The notes: generated by a model from the letters alone, not told the origin. A DNA stretch of 63,001 nt, filler included, from Choristocarpus tenellus KU-1152 (GCA_964200185.2; 9 parts of 9 records of this genome joined end to end with filler, not necessarily neighbours in it); one strand, 5' to 3'; shown: positions 27,612-40,654, counted from the whole stretch's first letter. Numbers and translations are program-made.

Positions 27612-29950
27612 CTCTCTCCAAACTTTTGGACCGCCCTGCGGAAAAACTCGATCTGCCAGTCCAGTAGGTTCGATCCGTGTACCTTTGCAATTTCATCTGC
27701 TGTCTAAGAAACAATAAAAGCAATGTCCCCCCCCCCCAAAAGCAGCACGGTGGGCATATGGCATGTGGAGGAAAGGGATGGGGAGGGCGTAGTTGAGCAA
27801 GAAGGTGGGGGGGATCCTCATCAATCATGTTGTTTCTTTGAAAGACAACAAGGAAATCAATCTACATCTCCCTCCAAAGAGGGTGAGGGGGATGCAGTAC
27901 AGAAAACCCATGCGCATATATGGGTGTAAATCTGTAAGCACAATTCTTCATTACTTTCATACCCATCATTCAATGACACAAACACTTTGCCGTTATGGTA
28001 ACAAGCAACTAGGAAAAAAGAAACACTTAACTTGATACTGTGATGGCAAACATGTACTGATGCGTTTCAATATATCTCCATGCTGTGTATGTAAGCCGAA
28101 TCAATGCATACACCATTGCATCTTGAAGGCTGTTGACAAGAGATGTATCAAACCACATGCAAAGATCGGAAATAATCAAACACATCGTAACATGGGATCC
28201 TACCACGGGTTGTGCTGTACCTGTTACATTACAGTCTAATAGCCATCTTATCAAGCCCTACAACCCACTATCAATCAAGAAGCACCAAGGTTGCTTGACC
28301 TACCATTCAAAACATGGAAGTCGACACTTGCTAAGCATTAACTGGGATGGACCCAAATGATAGCCTTGGTTGCATCCCTCATGCACATGAAAGCAGTTTG
28401 ATGCTAGCAGCAGGGCGAATAGCAAATGATCTTATTTCTCAAGTTTCACAAATCAATATTTAAAGGAAATATTAAATATTGCCCATGTTTGCCTTCAACA
28501 TCACTCCACCCCCCCCCCCCCCCCCCCCCCCTTTCTCTTTCTCCACCTTCCACTTATTTTTTTGGTTTGATTCGTACACACACCTCCTTTACNNNNNNNN
28601 NNAAATATATATTGAAAGAATATATTAAATATTGCCCATGTTTGCCTTCAACATCCCCCCCCCCCCCCCCCCCCCTTCAACATTTTAGCTTTGCCATGCA
28701 TCCATGTATTTTCTTGGGTGCATCGCAAAAGCCACTTTTCTGACCCATAAATTCATTCTACTATGTAGTATACTCCTGTAGAGACAATAATTTTCGAGGA
28801 GACTTGTCAGGTTTAGTGACACTCCACCTAGACATATTGCAGCTCAACATCTTCCCACGCCCAGGAAAAATTGTGGTTTGACCCGCACCTTGTTGACGAC
28901 ACAATGATAAAGGGCACCGTCTGGCGTTCCCAACTTCATGCTTCTCACTTCTAGCTGCAACATGGTAGTATGGTGGGTTTGGCGGTGGTTGGGCTTAGGA
29001 CGCAATTTGTGATTGGTGGAGGTTAGATTAGAGATTATACTATAGTAGATACAGCACATTGGGAATGGGTGAAGGTGATAAAACAAACTCTAGTTTACAT
29101 CAGGGTTGGAGGTGAGTGAGCCCTAGATGTGTGGGCAGCGGGAAGGTGCAGATCTTGTAGGTGATACTGTAGTGTGGTTTGGTTCTGCTACTTGATAGGG
29201 TAATGCGCGAAATGATTGCATGCGTTGAGTGTGGAAGACACCATCTATATCTATCACGTTGTCTTTGTCTTCAAATTACCTCCATAAACTTGAGATTCTT
29301 GTTGATCTTACTCAAGGCCAGATCAAGATCCACGCCCACAGCTCCGTTGTCGAATCGTTCGTTGGCAGTCTGCAGGGTTTCTATCGCTTTGTCATTCGAC
29401 ATGATCTTTCTTGCCTTGGCACGCGAAAGAAAAAGATAAAACACAGTTAATAGAGGGCATCGATCTGATTTTTGACAAGTAAGCGTTTCGTTGAGATAAC
29501 TCGTCATAGTAGGGTGTGATACGACCCCAAGCCTCCAGACGTTAGCAAAGGGTGCCTGGCTTCAACTCTGAGAAAAGAGGGCTTTGAGGCTAAGGTAAGG
29601 ATCCAAAATTAGGGGGAGATCGAGGGTGTCGCGACAAGAATCTGGGATATATGTCTCAAGCTTCGCTATCCAAACATTCCACGGCATCAGCGAGGGTTCA
29701 TCATGCCATATCTCTGGAAGGGGGAGGCTGATTTACCTTACATGATATGATAGAAAGGTGTGATGAATTCAGCATCGAGTAAGGTATGACTTAAGTGAGA
29801 AGTGAAAGTTCGAAGCTTGAACGCAGTAGATGAGATAACCTTTCAATTCAAATGCCTTGGACACAACATTACATTGCGTGACAACCTAGTCCCCACCATA
29901 AGAAGTTGCAAGAAGGCTTTGAGCGCATCGGGAAGCTGGGTAAGCTGCAT
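27612..29950 (-). CDS. NSE1: SMC5/6 complex subunit Nse1 (3' part not found in this contig)
   Basis: Exons 29950-29897, 29414-29280, 28954-28889, 27703-27612 splice to MQLTQLPDALKAFLQLLM|ARKIMSNDKAIETL...LSKINKNLKFME|LEVRSMKLGTPDGALYHCVVNK|TADEIAKVHGSNLLDWQIEFFRRAV. This matches the SMC_Nse1 pattern FLQ.lmaR...IN..L....lEir...Y..VN...DeiaK. Confidence 0.85.
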
Positions 29951-30352
29951 AGTTCAGCTTAAAAGAAGATAAGGCCTCGATGATCCATAAGCAATCGACG
30001 TGTAGGGTGGTTGGTCTCTTAGACCATTACAAACGATGAAGATTATGTAGTAGAAGTTTGAATATTTTAAATAGCTACCGACGAATACGACGGACTGACT
30101 ACGTCGACCGACTGTAATTTATTGTGATTTCTCATTTGTTGTTTCTGGGGAGGTCGCAGGAGTAGAGAGGTGGACAGTGTTGGGACGAGGAGTGAGATTC
30201 ACTTCTGGGTGTGTGTTCCTCTTGTATGGACAGGAACCTGTGATAGGAAAGAACGCTAGGAAGAGGAACAGTTTGCAAAGAGACGGAACAACGACTGGCA
30301 AGGTTGTGCATCCCTAGCTAAACCACTACCACACTTGCTTTGGATCTGTGAG

Positions 30353-33300
30353 ATGACCATGTCGCCGTTGGAGGAAGGCGAGGAACTATTTGCCACGTTC
30401 AGAAAGAATGCAGAGAGTGGGAAAGTCGCGGCTGCAAAGGTGAACTTTTGTCCGGATGAAAAGTATTAAGCAAATAGTAAATACCTGACTTGCACAAGAA
30501 CTGTCATGAGCGTGTTCCCTCATCACGGATCCAGATTGTTGACTATGCTATAGTGCTGCGCGTAACTTTGAAATGTAACGCTATCTCGGCAATCGATGGA
30601 TGGATACTTCTACTCCTTAATTGCTCTGACACGTCCAAAAGGTACGCATATTTTCATCTAGAGATGTAACTTACGTTGTCGTTGGCATGCAAGTTGCGAT
30701 TTCCTTCCCGCGACAGCCTTTAGGGGAAGGCTTAACGAATGGAGCAGATTGTTCCTCTTTTGATCAGATTTACGTCATCCACTCGATTGCATAGTCTGGA
30801 GCCCTGAATGGTAGCACTGTATAACAGAAGGCGCTTGCCCTGTCCCACCTTGAACCCTCTCACCCTCTTCGTAAGACGGCGCTGGCGCGCCTCAAGATTT
30901 TGATGATATCCTTCGAATCGCTGCCACCACAAGGCATAGATAGCCCGATTGCTTTACGAGAGCGCACGCTCGCACGTGATGTGATAGAAATCGCGGTTTT
31001 CTTGAGTGCGCAGGAGGGGGATAGGGCAAGCTTTCAGCGACACATGGCACAGGCAAGAGAACGCAGTGTTTTTCTATCCGTAGTGTCTGCATCGTTGGTT
31101 CTAAGCCTCCAAGGCTGCCCCTTCTTCTATCCGTAGGTTATGTTGGACTTCTCAATCCAACCTGCCTCATTGTGATATGTTTCCCTCATCCTATGAACCT
31201 TGTACCTCCCATTCTGACTGCTTTAAACTATGTTGACCTTTACGGTGTCCTCTGATCCTCATACACTTGCTCGATTCTCAACCCTGGCTGCGTATATTCT
31301 CTTCTTACGCAACTCCCCAGTCAGTCACCCATTCCTATCCTTTCTCCCTCCCAGTTATCCCACCCTACTTTTTAACCCCCTGCACCCTCCATTTTGAAAC
31401 GATGGTCTTGTCCCTAGTATACACAATAGCTAGTGTAACCTGCACCTCCATATTTTGTGTACTACAGCTCAAGCCGTATTATTTGGACTTTGCATCGGAG
31501 CTCCCAGCAACAGCAAACCAGAATGCTGTGCAGGGCCTGAACCTGTTGTTCCTCCTTGTAGAGAACAGGCTAGCAGAATTCCACTCGGAGCTGGAGCTGC
31601 TATCGGATAATGAAAGGGCGCATGAGTGTGTGTCCTTTCCTGTTCGGTTGGAGCAGTACCTCATGGTGGGGAGCTATGACCAGGTATGGTAATGCACACT
31701 GCAATATGGTGTGTGATAATGGGTGACTAAACTCTGTTCCCTTTTGATTTGTACAAGATTGTACTGAGTTGACATCGAGTGGATGTGTTGTGACTTCTAT
31801 GCAGGAAAGAAGTGAGAAAGTGTAGTTTAAATATGATAGTTTTCAGTGTAACCTCACCATCCAGGTTTAACAAACTCCAGATGTACCTCCCTGCCGTATG
31901 TACTGCGGTTTGCTGAGCATGCTATTCCTGTAGATGTGCCTTCATTGAAGAAGTTGCTATAGTAGTATTGGTGTACTTCATACTGAAGGCTAGTGCCACC
32001 ATAGAAAAATTCTGAGAAAAAGAAGGCTAGCAACAATCATGTGGAAATGTTGTGTAATAAGCACTGCAGCAACTGGAAATAGACGTTTTCCTCTCTTCAA
32101 AATATTTTGAAAATAGTACGGCTATGGATCCTCTTCTTGCTGCATAGGTGCTCACTTTTTAGACGAATGTGTGTCTGAACAGTCTCGATGCAGTGTATTT
32201 TGTGCATGATTGTACAGTGAATTCGAAACGGTTTGTGTGGGAGGTACTAGTGTTGGGTATGGTACGCTCCTGCAGGGGGGACTGATATTTCTAGGGTTTG
32301 TTAGAAGGTCCTTGTTGATCTAAACCTTGGGACATATATTGCTCTGAGTGTGGTTGTCCCTGGAACACTTAGGAGATGATGGGGAAGAAATGTCCTCTTG
32401 ATATGTCAGTGTAGTCGATAACTTGACCATCTCTTGTCCTCTGAATGCAACCACTTCATGGGAGGTAAGGTTCTGGCCGCGAGGGATCACGTCCCGCACC
32501 AGTACTACAAATATTTCCTGGAGTCCCTAGTTGACACTGTGAGGGAGGGCATTGCGGAGTGCAGTGAGGTCAGCAGTGTGTGTGCTTTGCTTGTGTTTAT
32601 TTTCAGAACTTGAAGTCTTGACAGTGATGTGTTCATGCACGTTGAACTTGGTTGTTTGGATGTATCTTGGTCAGACTGGGGACGGGGAGGGGAGAGATAT
32701 GTACATCAATGCATCAGGCGTCAAAGGTGGTAAAGAGGGTTGTCTGAACTGGCCTGCTGAAAGGCTGTGACAGATGTACTGCTTGAGAACCTGCAGTGTG
32801 TGGACCTTTCAAGTGGTGTAGTGTTGTGCTCTCTGCAGTATTGACTTATCAGAGTTGAAATCCTTATCAGGTGTTAGGTACTCCTTGCTGAGTGAGGGTG
32901 GTGCCGTTGTCAAGATTTGGTTGAGTCACTGTAACCTGCTGTATCTCTCTTATTGCCCTAGTGTGGTCACCTACAATGTTAGGAAGTTATTATGATAATT
33001 AGCTGTTGACTGCACCACCGAAGATGATCAACAAGTAGACTGGTCTAAGAGGGTAAGAAACAATCTATATATATTTAGTGATCTATGTATTCCATCCCCT
33101 GCACCTTGGCTGACCCCCTCTGCTCTCCCTATGAAATGCACTTCTGTAAATTTTGTGACCTGACCTGGCAGGCTGCTTGTGTTTTGCATTGCCATGAAAG
33201 TATTTGGCTCCCCAATTTCTGTGGGAACTGAATTCGAATGTACCCCCCCCCCTCTAAGACCTTAACTGGCAGCCTAGTGATCAATCAATCTATGTGCATT

Positions 33301-33612
33301 GATTTAAAATGTTCTGTATGAGTTTGTGGGGTTTCCAATATGTGTTTTTGCCTTCACTGTGGTTCCTGGTCTTTGTTCACACAGGTGGCATACACAGAGT
33401 TGCCGTTGGCGGATGCGAGGCAGATGATGCTGCTGGCAGAGGGCAGGGATTTTGAGGACTATGTGGAAGAGAGGCACCCTGATTGGGTTATAAGTGGGGA
33501 CAAGGTAGTGTTTCAGAAGGAGGAGGTAACTTTGAAGTCATCAGAGATCAAGTCTATGCGACTCATTGCAGAGTGCTTATCGTATGCCACAGAATTGGAA
33601 CGGATAGTATAA
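30353..33612 (+). CDS. RPN12: 26S proteasome lid subunit RPN12/PSMD8, 5 exons
   Basis: Phase-0 exons 30353(or 30359)-30439, 30876-31052, 31468-31683, 32470-32568, 33385-33612. Hallmarks: FQRHMAQ|LKPYY, GLNLLFLLVENRLAEFHSELE, LEQYLMVGSYDQ|VL, TVREGIAECSE|VAY, LSYATELERIV*. Confidence 0.97.
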
Positions 33613-35029
33613 GAGAACCGGGGAGGGGGGACTGAGGAGGGGGGGAGGGGGGGAGGGGTCGAATCTGTTGAGTTTTATCTGTGAAGTGGTGTTCAAGGAA
33701 TTGATCAACAAAATTGGGATTTGTGCTATAAGAATGTGTTTGTGTATGTATATGTGTTTTTGTGGGATTTTGTAGTTGTTGGGATGGCAGTATATAGTTT
33801 CGACTTTGCTGTTGGCAGAGTTTTCTGGTGCAGGAGTGAGCTGGGGGTTGTGGTGTGGAGGTCAGGAGAGTTGGTGCAGCATGAATTCGCTTATGAATCA
33901 TTGTAATCCGATGCAAACCCTCTGCAGTGTGTTGATAATGCTCTCAGTCATCTATGCTGGCAGTGCTTACTCTGTATTTGATCCTAGCCAGGGAAGTGTT
34001 TTAGGTCGTGTAATATGCTGATGGAGTCCTGATGGTGAAGGACAGGGGTGAGTGAAGCCTGAATTGCTGTGTGCAGACACGCTGTAAGTGCATTCGAGGA
34101 ATTGGGTCCTGCGCCTCTCCATCTCTCTATACTGGTACCATGACATACAACATTCTTTGTTTTGTGGGGTAGCAACACAGCACAGGGACCTGGTCTCGCG
34201 CTTGTGGTCTGGTTGAAATGCAATGGTTTCGCAAGAAGTTATAATGGGAGTGAGGGTGCAACCGGGTGAACGTGCCTTGACACGCTGGATTCTGGTGTGA
34301 TGTTGAATGCAGTTAGGGGGTATGTTATGTATGTATTGTTGGCTCTGACAAAAGCCTGAGGATACTTACCCTTGTGGTGATGGTAAGAACGACAATGAAA
34401 TTTTGTTTTTTTTTGTGGACTTTTTTTTTCCCTGTGAAACAAGCATCAACAGATTTTACTTGGCAACGATCAATGGTGAGGCGCCACAGTCTGAGAATAG
34501 ATGTAGTTGTGGTTATTGCGGGATAGTGAAAGTTCAAATGTGGTCACTGGGTTTAGCTTCCCGTTTCCAACTGCCTGTTAACAAGGGACACCGTGCTCAC
34601 TCCATAGCACACCTTAGAAACATCCATGTCTCAGATGACTGGCAGCATGTTTTGAATGCAGAGGAAAAAATGATGCATGTAGTAAGTAATGAATAAGTGC
34701 CTAGTGATGAAAACGCTCCTCCGTCCCCTTACCAGCAGTGCTGAAGCATAGTCAAGCGTGTGTGTGTTAGCCCTTGTCGCTGCTGGTGAATACACAGAAC
34801 ATGCTGAGTCACGTGGTTGTGAAGGAGACCTCTGTAATGTGACAGATTCTTTTTTTGCAACTGTATTGACGTTGAGAGCCTTGGCTTTGATATAAATATG
34901 TTGGCGTAGTCTCGGGCGCATGACACAAGATTTGGGGCCTTGAAATTGGCAAGGATTTTTGAGATATCAATAATACTCACCTTGTTTGTCCTCCTTTGGG
35001 TGCATATATGTGTTGCACGTGACTTGTGG

Positions 35030-35051
35030 TTTAGGGTTAGGGTTAGGGTTA
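35030..35051 (+). repeat. Short interstitial (TTAGGG)n tract
   Basis: tttagggttagggttagggttag. Confidence 0.7.
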
Positions 35052-35333
35052 GCCTGACCCTATCCACCTCCACTCCGTTTTATCTCTTCCCAAGAACCTG
35101 TTGTCTCATTCTGGAGATCGTTCCTTGGTCTTCGTGGCCAGGTCGTTCCTTTTCTAGATCTTACTGCTTGTGGCCTTCAACTGGAGAACGGAGTTGAGTG
35201 GTCTAGGTTGTTCCTGTCCTTAGTGTAAGATTTTGGGCCTTGACTGAAGACTAATAAAGCATAATACTTTTTTTTTTGCTTACTCAATATATAAATATGT
35301 ATATGTATATATATATATATTTTAATGTCAGAG

Positions 35334-37813
35334 TTACTGTTTGTCATCGTCTGGCTCTCCGATTCTTGGCTTGTTGGGGTTGTTGGCGATTAACCATTCT
35401 CCGAGCCACCTTTATATGAGCATGTGTGTATCAATGTACTTTGGTGGGTTAGTGTGATCAGCATTTGAAGCGTAGTGAAAGTTGTGCTGTGAGTTAATAT
35501 TTGATGCCTACTATTTTTCGTTCTATCTGACTTCATGATGAAAAGCCGTGCGAAAGTTTGGAGTACAGGTCAGGTGTTTTCAAGTATAGATGTACTAGGT
35601 GTGTTAAGTTTTTGCATGTGCTACAGACGGGTTTGTTGGCAACAGTGGAGCTATCGTAGACCACTTGCATTGTGCTGCCCCACAGAGGCGTGTCCATTAG
35701 TGTGGATGTGTTGCTTTGATATAGGGTGTGTTTCCTTCTACTGGAGGTTCGAGATGTGCTTGGTTTAATGTTTGTGTAGATGTAAGGCATGTTCATCTTC
35801 TGTAAGTTCAGAAATGCCAAGTAGCTAGGCCCTTTCTGCTGGACGTGTTATTGTTAGTGTGGGAATGCTTCTACTACAGCTAATACAAGATTCTCTCTGT
35901 TTTAGATTCCTAGGAAAATTCTACTTAGGGAAGTCTTGTTTTGCACTCTGAAGTATCTGAACAGTTCCTGTATTGACACTGATGTCTTCTCTAGGGATAG
36001 TGTGTTGTGGGAGTGGATCGTTACAACAAAATTGGTGTACCACAGTTATTTGCATCACAAATTGGTAACAGTTTCATAGATTGTATTGTGGAGCCCTGAA
36101 GGGTTTCATTCTTCTGAAAGGATTGTGTGCTGATGAATGAACCTGCCAAGGATGGCACACACCGAATTAGAATGTACTTGCTCGGGCGGAAACAAAGATT
36201 CGTTATTCTTGTTGGGTGTAATGGTCACTGCTCATCCTCCTCACCTCACAGCTTCAAGTCCCTGTGGCTTGACCTTACACAACTCAGATAGAGCTGTTGT
36301 CAATAGTTCTGGAAGCATCTGCCCTCCAGCAGGTATATTTTTTATGTATTCCCTGGTATGACATTAAATTCCCATAAATTATGCAAGGAAGTAGGAGGGG
36401 CAAGATAGACTTGGATAGCGAGGTGGTATCATTAGGGTTTTCAAGTTTATGTACGTCAGAGTTGAACCGATTGAGAGGTAGGCAGGTTTGGACCCTTTTG
36501 CATTCTAAGCCATGTCTCTTACCCCCTGTACAAGACACGGCCTATTTCATTGCCTTTTTATGTTTACAATAGTGTATGCATAATTGATATCCTCTTTTCG
36601 ACACAGAAGATGACATCATAATCAAGCAAAGGATCTTTCTACACTGATACAAAATTGAGACTTTTTGCCCTTTCTCAGGATCCTTGGTGTGTGTCCTTGC
36701 CTGCCTCTCGATCAGAAAAGGCTCTTCAATGTTGTTGACCTTGTTGGAATTTGAGTGTAAGATCACTGATACAAACCCCAGCCAACACGTCCGACTCACT
36801 AAATATAACTGTGCAAAGTGATATCTGAATGTCTTTGAAACCAAAAATGCACCACATGCATAATACCTGAATTACATCATCTATAATCAACATAATCCCA
36901 GCCCCCCCAACTCTTTAAGGCTGGTGGGCATGTTGTTGTGTATGAATATGTATAGCGTGTAGTATGTAGCTGTAAAAAAATAGCGGGATGCAGCGGAAGT
37001 GAGGATGTGTGCATACTAGTCCGGGTTACTATGTAGTAGTGTAGGCATGCACTCAAGAGATGATACACTATTCATCTATTTTTTTAATGAACCCAATAAT
37101 TCCTTGGCAACATAGCATGTGTGTGTATGTATATACCTGGCCCCTTCCCCAGTCGGCATGACCTTGGGCTTCTTGATCCCTTCCAAGTTGGATTGGATAA
37201 ATGTCTTGTTGCCCACACGTACGATAGAAATGCTCTCTGCGAGTCGCTTGAGATCATCCTTAGATCGTGAAAGCCCTGCTCTAGCCAACTAGGTTTGGGT
37301 GGAGAGCAAAGATTATTGTTGACAGACTCTTCAATGGGAAGCAACATATTTGAAGATTCTCAGAGGAGGTCATAGTAAGGGATCAATCAGCTTAAACGGT
37401 TTCAAACATGGCACGTTTTTACGTGCGTTGATTGTCACGCAAAAAGTTCAAACTTCGTAGTATGTTCTCACTCTCTAGAGCCCTAGAGTTTATCACCCAC
37501 CAATTATTTACCATGTTGATGACAAAGATCAACTCGTCAACTCTATCTTTTCCAGACAGCTGTAAGTACGTTATCTGGGAATCAAACAACTTTCATGCCG
37601 CAAGATCACCACAGGCGTGTGTATGGGGGATGCCGATGTTCTCACCTCCCCCTCTGATGGCGACGACGTGTACCGTGCAGAGTTCTCTTGGTTATACGCC
37701 CGAATGAGAATACCGGCAGGGGACATGTCGAACAAGTCTACAATGTACATGCCGTCGTCACCCAACTTTCGTCCGACAGTGTAGATTGCAGACGATTTCT
37801 TCTTCCACGACAT
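35334..37813 (-). CDS. Dpy-30 (dimerisation/docking) domain protein, 4 exons
   Basis: Exons 37813-37646, 37288-37137, 36352-36245, 35409-35334 are in phase. The C-terminus LPELLTTALSELCKVKPQGLEAVR|WLGEWLIANNPNKP fits the Dpy-30 motif. Confidence 0.85.
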
Positions 37814-38053
37814 GGCGAGAGTCCCAGCTACCTCTAGTGTTGGAGGGATACTCACGATTGGTGGCCTACACCTTTGTGTGAGTTCCTTGTAAAATATAAG
37901 AGAACAAAAAATTGAAAAAAGGATTCAAATTGTAGACGTTTCAAGGTCAACAATGCATCCTGATAGTGAAATCCCTCGTGTTGATGTGGAAGAAACAACA
38001 ATGACTGTATCTCAACAGCACACAAAAGGGTGAAATTGTTGGAAGCATTGAAC

Positions 38054-40012
38054 ATGGCCAGCGAGTTGGATACTACGACAGCTGAGGAAGGATTTAAGGT
38101 AATGGTCTAGTCACCCTTCCTCGCTTATGATGTACTGAAGGTCAATATATTCAACTTGGCAGTGTTGAATTTTTCCCAGAGATTTTCCACATTGTATCTT
38201 TCGGTTCAAGGTAAATCTGCCCACATTCATGTTTTGTCATATTGGTAAAATGGGAATGAGAAACTAATACTTTGCAGCGTAGATTAACCTCATACTCCTT
38301 TATGTTGTGCGTTTCTGGTCGTTAGAGAGGTCGCTTTTCGAGGGTACAGTTTGTGTGCAATGTGTATCACAACTGTTGCAGTTGCCCTGGGTGATATTGA
38401 GGAAAGGCCTCCAATAACCTTCTCTTTATACTATTGATCGTTAAAGGATACCCCAAACATATCAATCCCCCTACAGCCTCTTGCCTATCCCGAGTACCCC
38501 AAACCGATATATTTCAAGCACGTTTGTGGACAAAATCTGGACCATCTTCTCAACACCAACACCCCCACACTCAACAACGGATGAATCCACCCCTGCCTCA
38601 TCTCACAAACTTGCAATTTCTATCCACTGAGTGTAGAAAGCATGTGATAGTGTATGGGAGCATCGATATAGCAAGGAGTTTCAGGCGTCCAAGATGCAGC
38701 TTTACGGACTCTACAAAGCCTCGACTGTTGGCAAGTGCCAAGAGTCCAAGCCCCCGATGGTAAGGACCCAAGATAGAAATATATCTAACCTCACCTAGCG
38801 TATTAAAACCATGCTCTTCTAATAGGATGTGTGACAGGGGGTGGTTAGAGGCACAAGTTGTGTGAGACTTCTAAAAAGTGCACTACACATATTTCTGTGC
38901 GCTCCAGAAAATACTTGTACGAGTTAGGAGTCATTGCCAAACCTCGCATATGCCTGCATAGCTGCCTCTAAGCACATAGAAACGTAATACATAAAACGCT
39001 ACATCCAGCATATTAACCAGAATGCGTACACTTGCACATACTGAAGTCATCTCGTGAAGCCTGATCCACCCTTGCAACACACCAACCCAAGGTAATGGGC
39101 ACAGAGGACGCCCGAGCCAAGTGGGAGGCATGGATGCAGGCAAGTACTTTTGAGAGAGAGGATGCCATGACTCGCTACACAAAGCTTGCCCTGGAGGTGG
39201 TCAAGGCAAGGGCTGAGGCTGAGGTGGGGGCTGGGGGTGATACTAAGGGAGGACGGACACCACAGGAATATGAGATTGAAAGGCTCAATGAACGCACTAG
39301 GGAATTGGAGGGGTAAGTGTTTTGTCTGGGGTTTGAAGACCACCGAGCCTTCTTTTGTAGTTGTAGTTGCCTGCCCACTCCTCCAAATCACATCATGGCA
39401 TGCATTCTCCCATCAACACTTAGACATGGACTTTGACACGGGAATGGATATGAACTTACAATCATGACACTATCGGCTATACTGTAGTTTCTGTAGTCAG
39501 GAAGGCGTGCTTTGGTTATCAGGTGCCATGATGTAGTACATTGTTCTTGGTCCCAAGGAAGACACACTATAATCTCCCAGTCATAGAGTACTACAGTGCT
39601 GTACTGCTTTTGTGCATTTGTTGGAGCACCCTTTGCAAAAATATTACACATTGCAGCTCCCGACATCTCTGATCTTGATTTTTACCATAAGTATGAAGAA
39701 GTAACAGCACTGCCGGTAAGACTTGATCGTTGCTATTAATCGCAGGTTCACCTTCTCACCCAGTCCCTTGGTCCTTAGAGACAGCACTCGGCTGGAAGGA
39801 GAGGCCCGTCGAGTAGGCACCAGACAGGAATGATCTGCTCCTGATACCCTCAGACCACCCCCTCCCTCCCTTGCATGCAACACACAACAAAGGTACCTCT
39901 CTCGTATTCATGAAGAGATGAGTCACATTCCTCAGGGTCCATCAGCTATCAGCATGTCCGGATGGCTGAGCAAATGGAGGGATCGCGACGTCTATCTCTG
40001 GGGAGCTCCAAA
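38054..40012 (+). CDS. Acyl-CoA-binding (ACBP) domain + coiled coil + start of a PH domain; 3' truncated by contig end
   Basis: Exons 38054-38098, 38637-38759, 39092-39312, 39893-40012 give EEGFK|KACDSV...QLYGLYKASTVGKC..SKPPM|VMGTEDARAKWEAW...EDAMTRY (ACBP), then EIERLNERTRELEG|YLSRI, then MSGWLSKWRDRDVYLWGAPK (PH beta1). Confidence 0.85.
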
Positions 40013-40654
40013 GTCAGTCAGCGCAGTCAGTCTCTCGGGATCCAATCGCCTTCCTTTCTTATGCAACGCCCTGTGAAATGCAGGAGAAGATATCGATGCG
40101 TGCATGTCCCCTCCTACCCAGCCTTCTTTCACCAAAGAAGAGTCGTTCCCTTCCAATGCCATGGTGCTGTGATCCGACTAATTGGATATATATATTCTTG
40201 TAAAGATGAGATCGGCGCTTTCTTTTTCTACTGACTTGACGAGTGCGGGTCGCAAGGTTTTCCTTAAAAACTTATTGGTTGCACTATTGGAAGCAGTTTT
40301 TTTTTTTTTGATGGGCAGGTTTAGAGTAGGGTTGGCATTTATGGTGTCTGAGTGGTTTCTTTTGATGTTGGTGTCTGAGGAGGGTGGCGGTGATCGAGAG
40401 GACTCGCTGTGCTTTTTTTTCATCGGCACCATGCTGGTTTTTCATGACCATTGGAAAGGCTTCTTCTCTCCTACCCGCATGGATTACCGTCTTACAACAA
40501 ACTTTCCCACTCTCCTTCCAGAGCTCAGGCCATTGCCAGGCTCTATTCCCCGCCNNNNNNNNNNNNNNNNNNNNNNNNNNNNNNNNNNNNNNNNNNNNTT
40601 AATTAATTAANNNNNNNNNNNNNNNNNNNNNNNNNNNNNNNNNNNNNNNNNNNN

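Noticed and set aside
28440-28680. Short direct duplication across a 10-N gap (also 56765-57005)
   Set aside because: Near-identical sequence either side of a scaffold gap next to a poly-C/G run; likely an overlap artefact.
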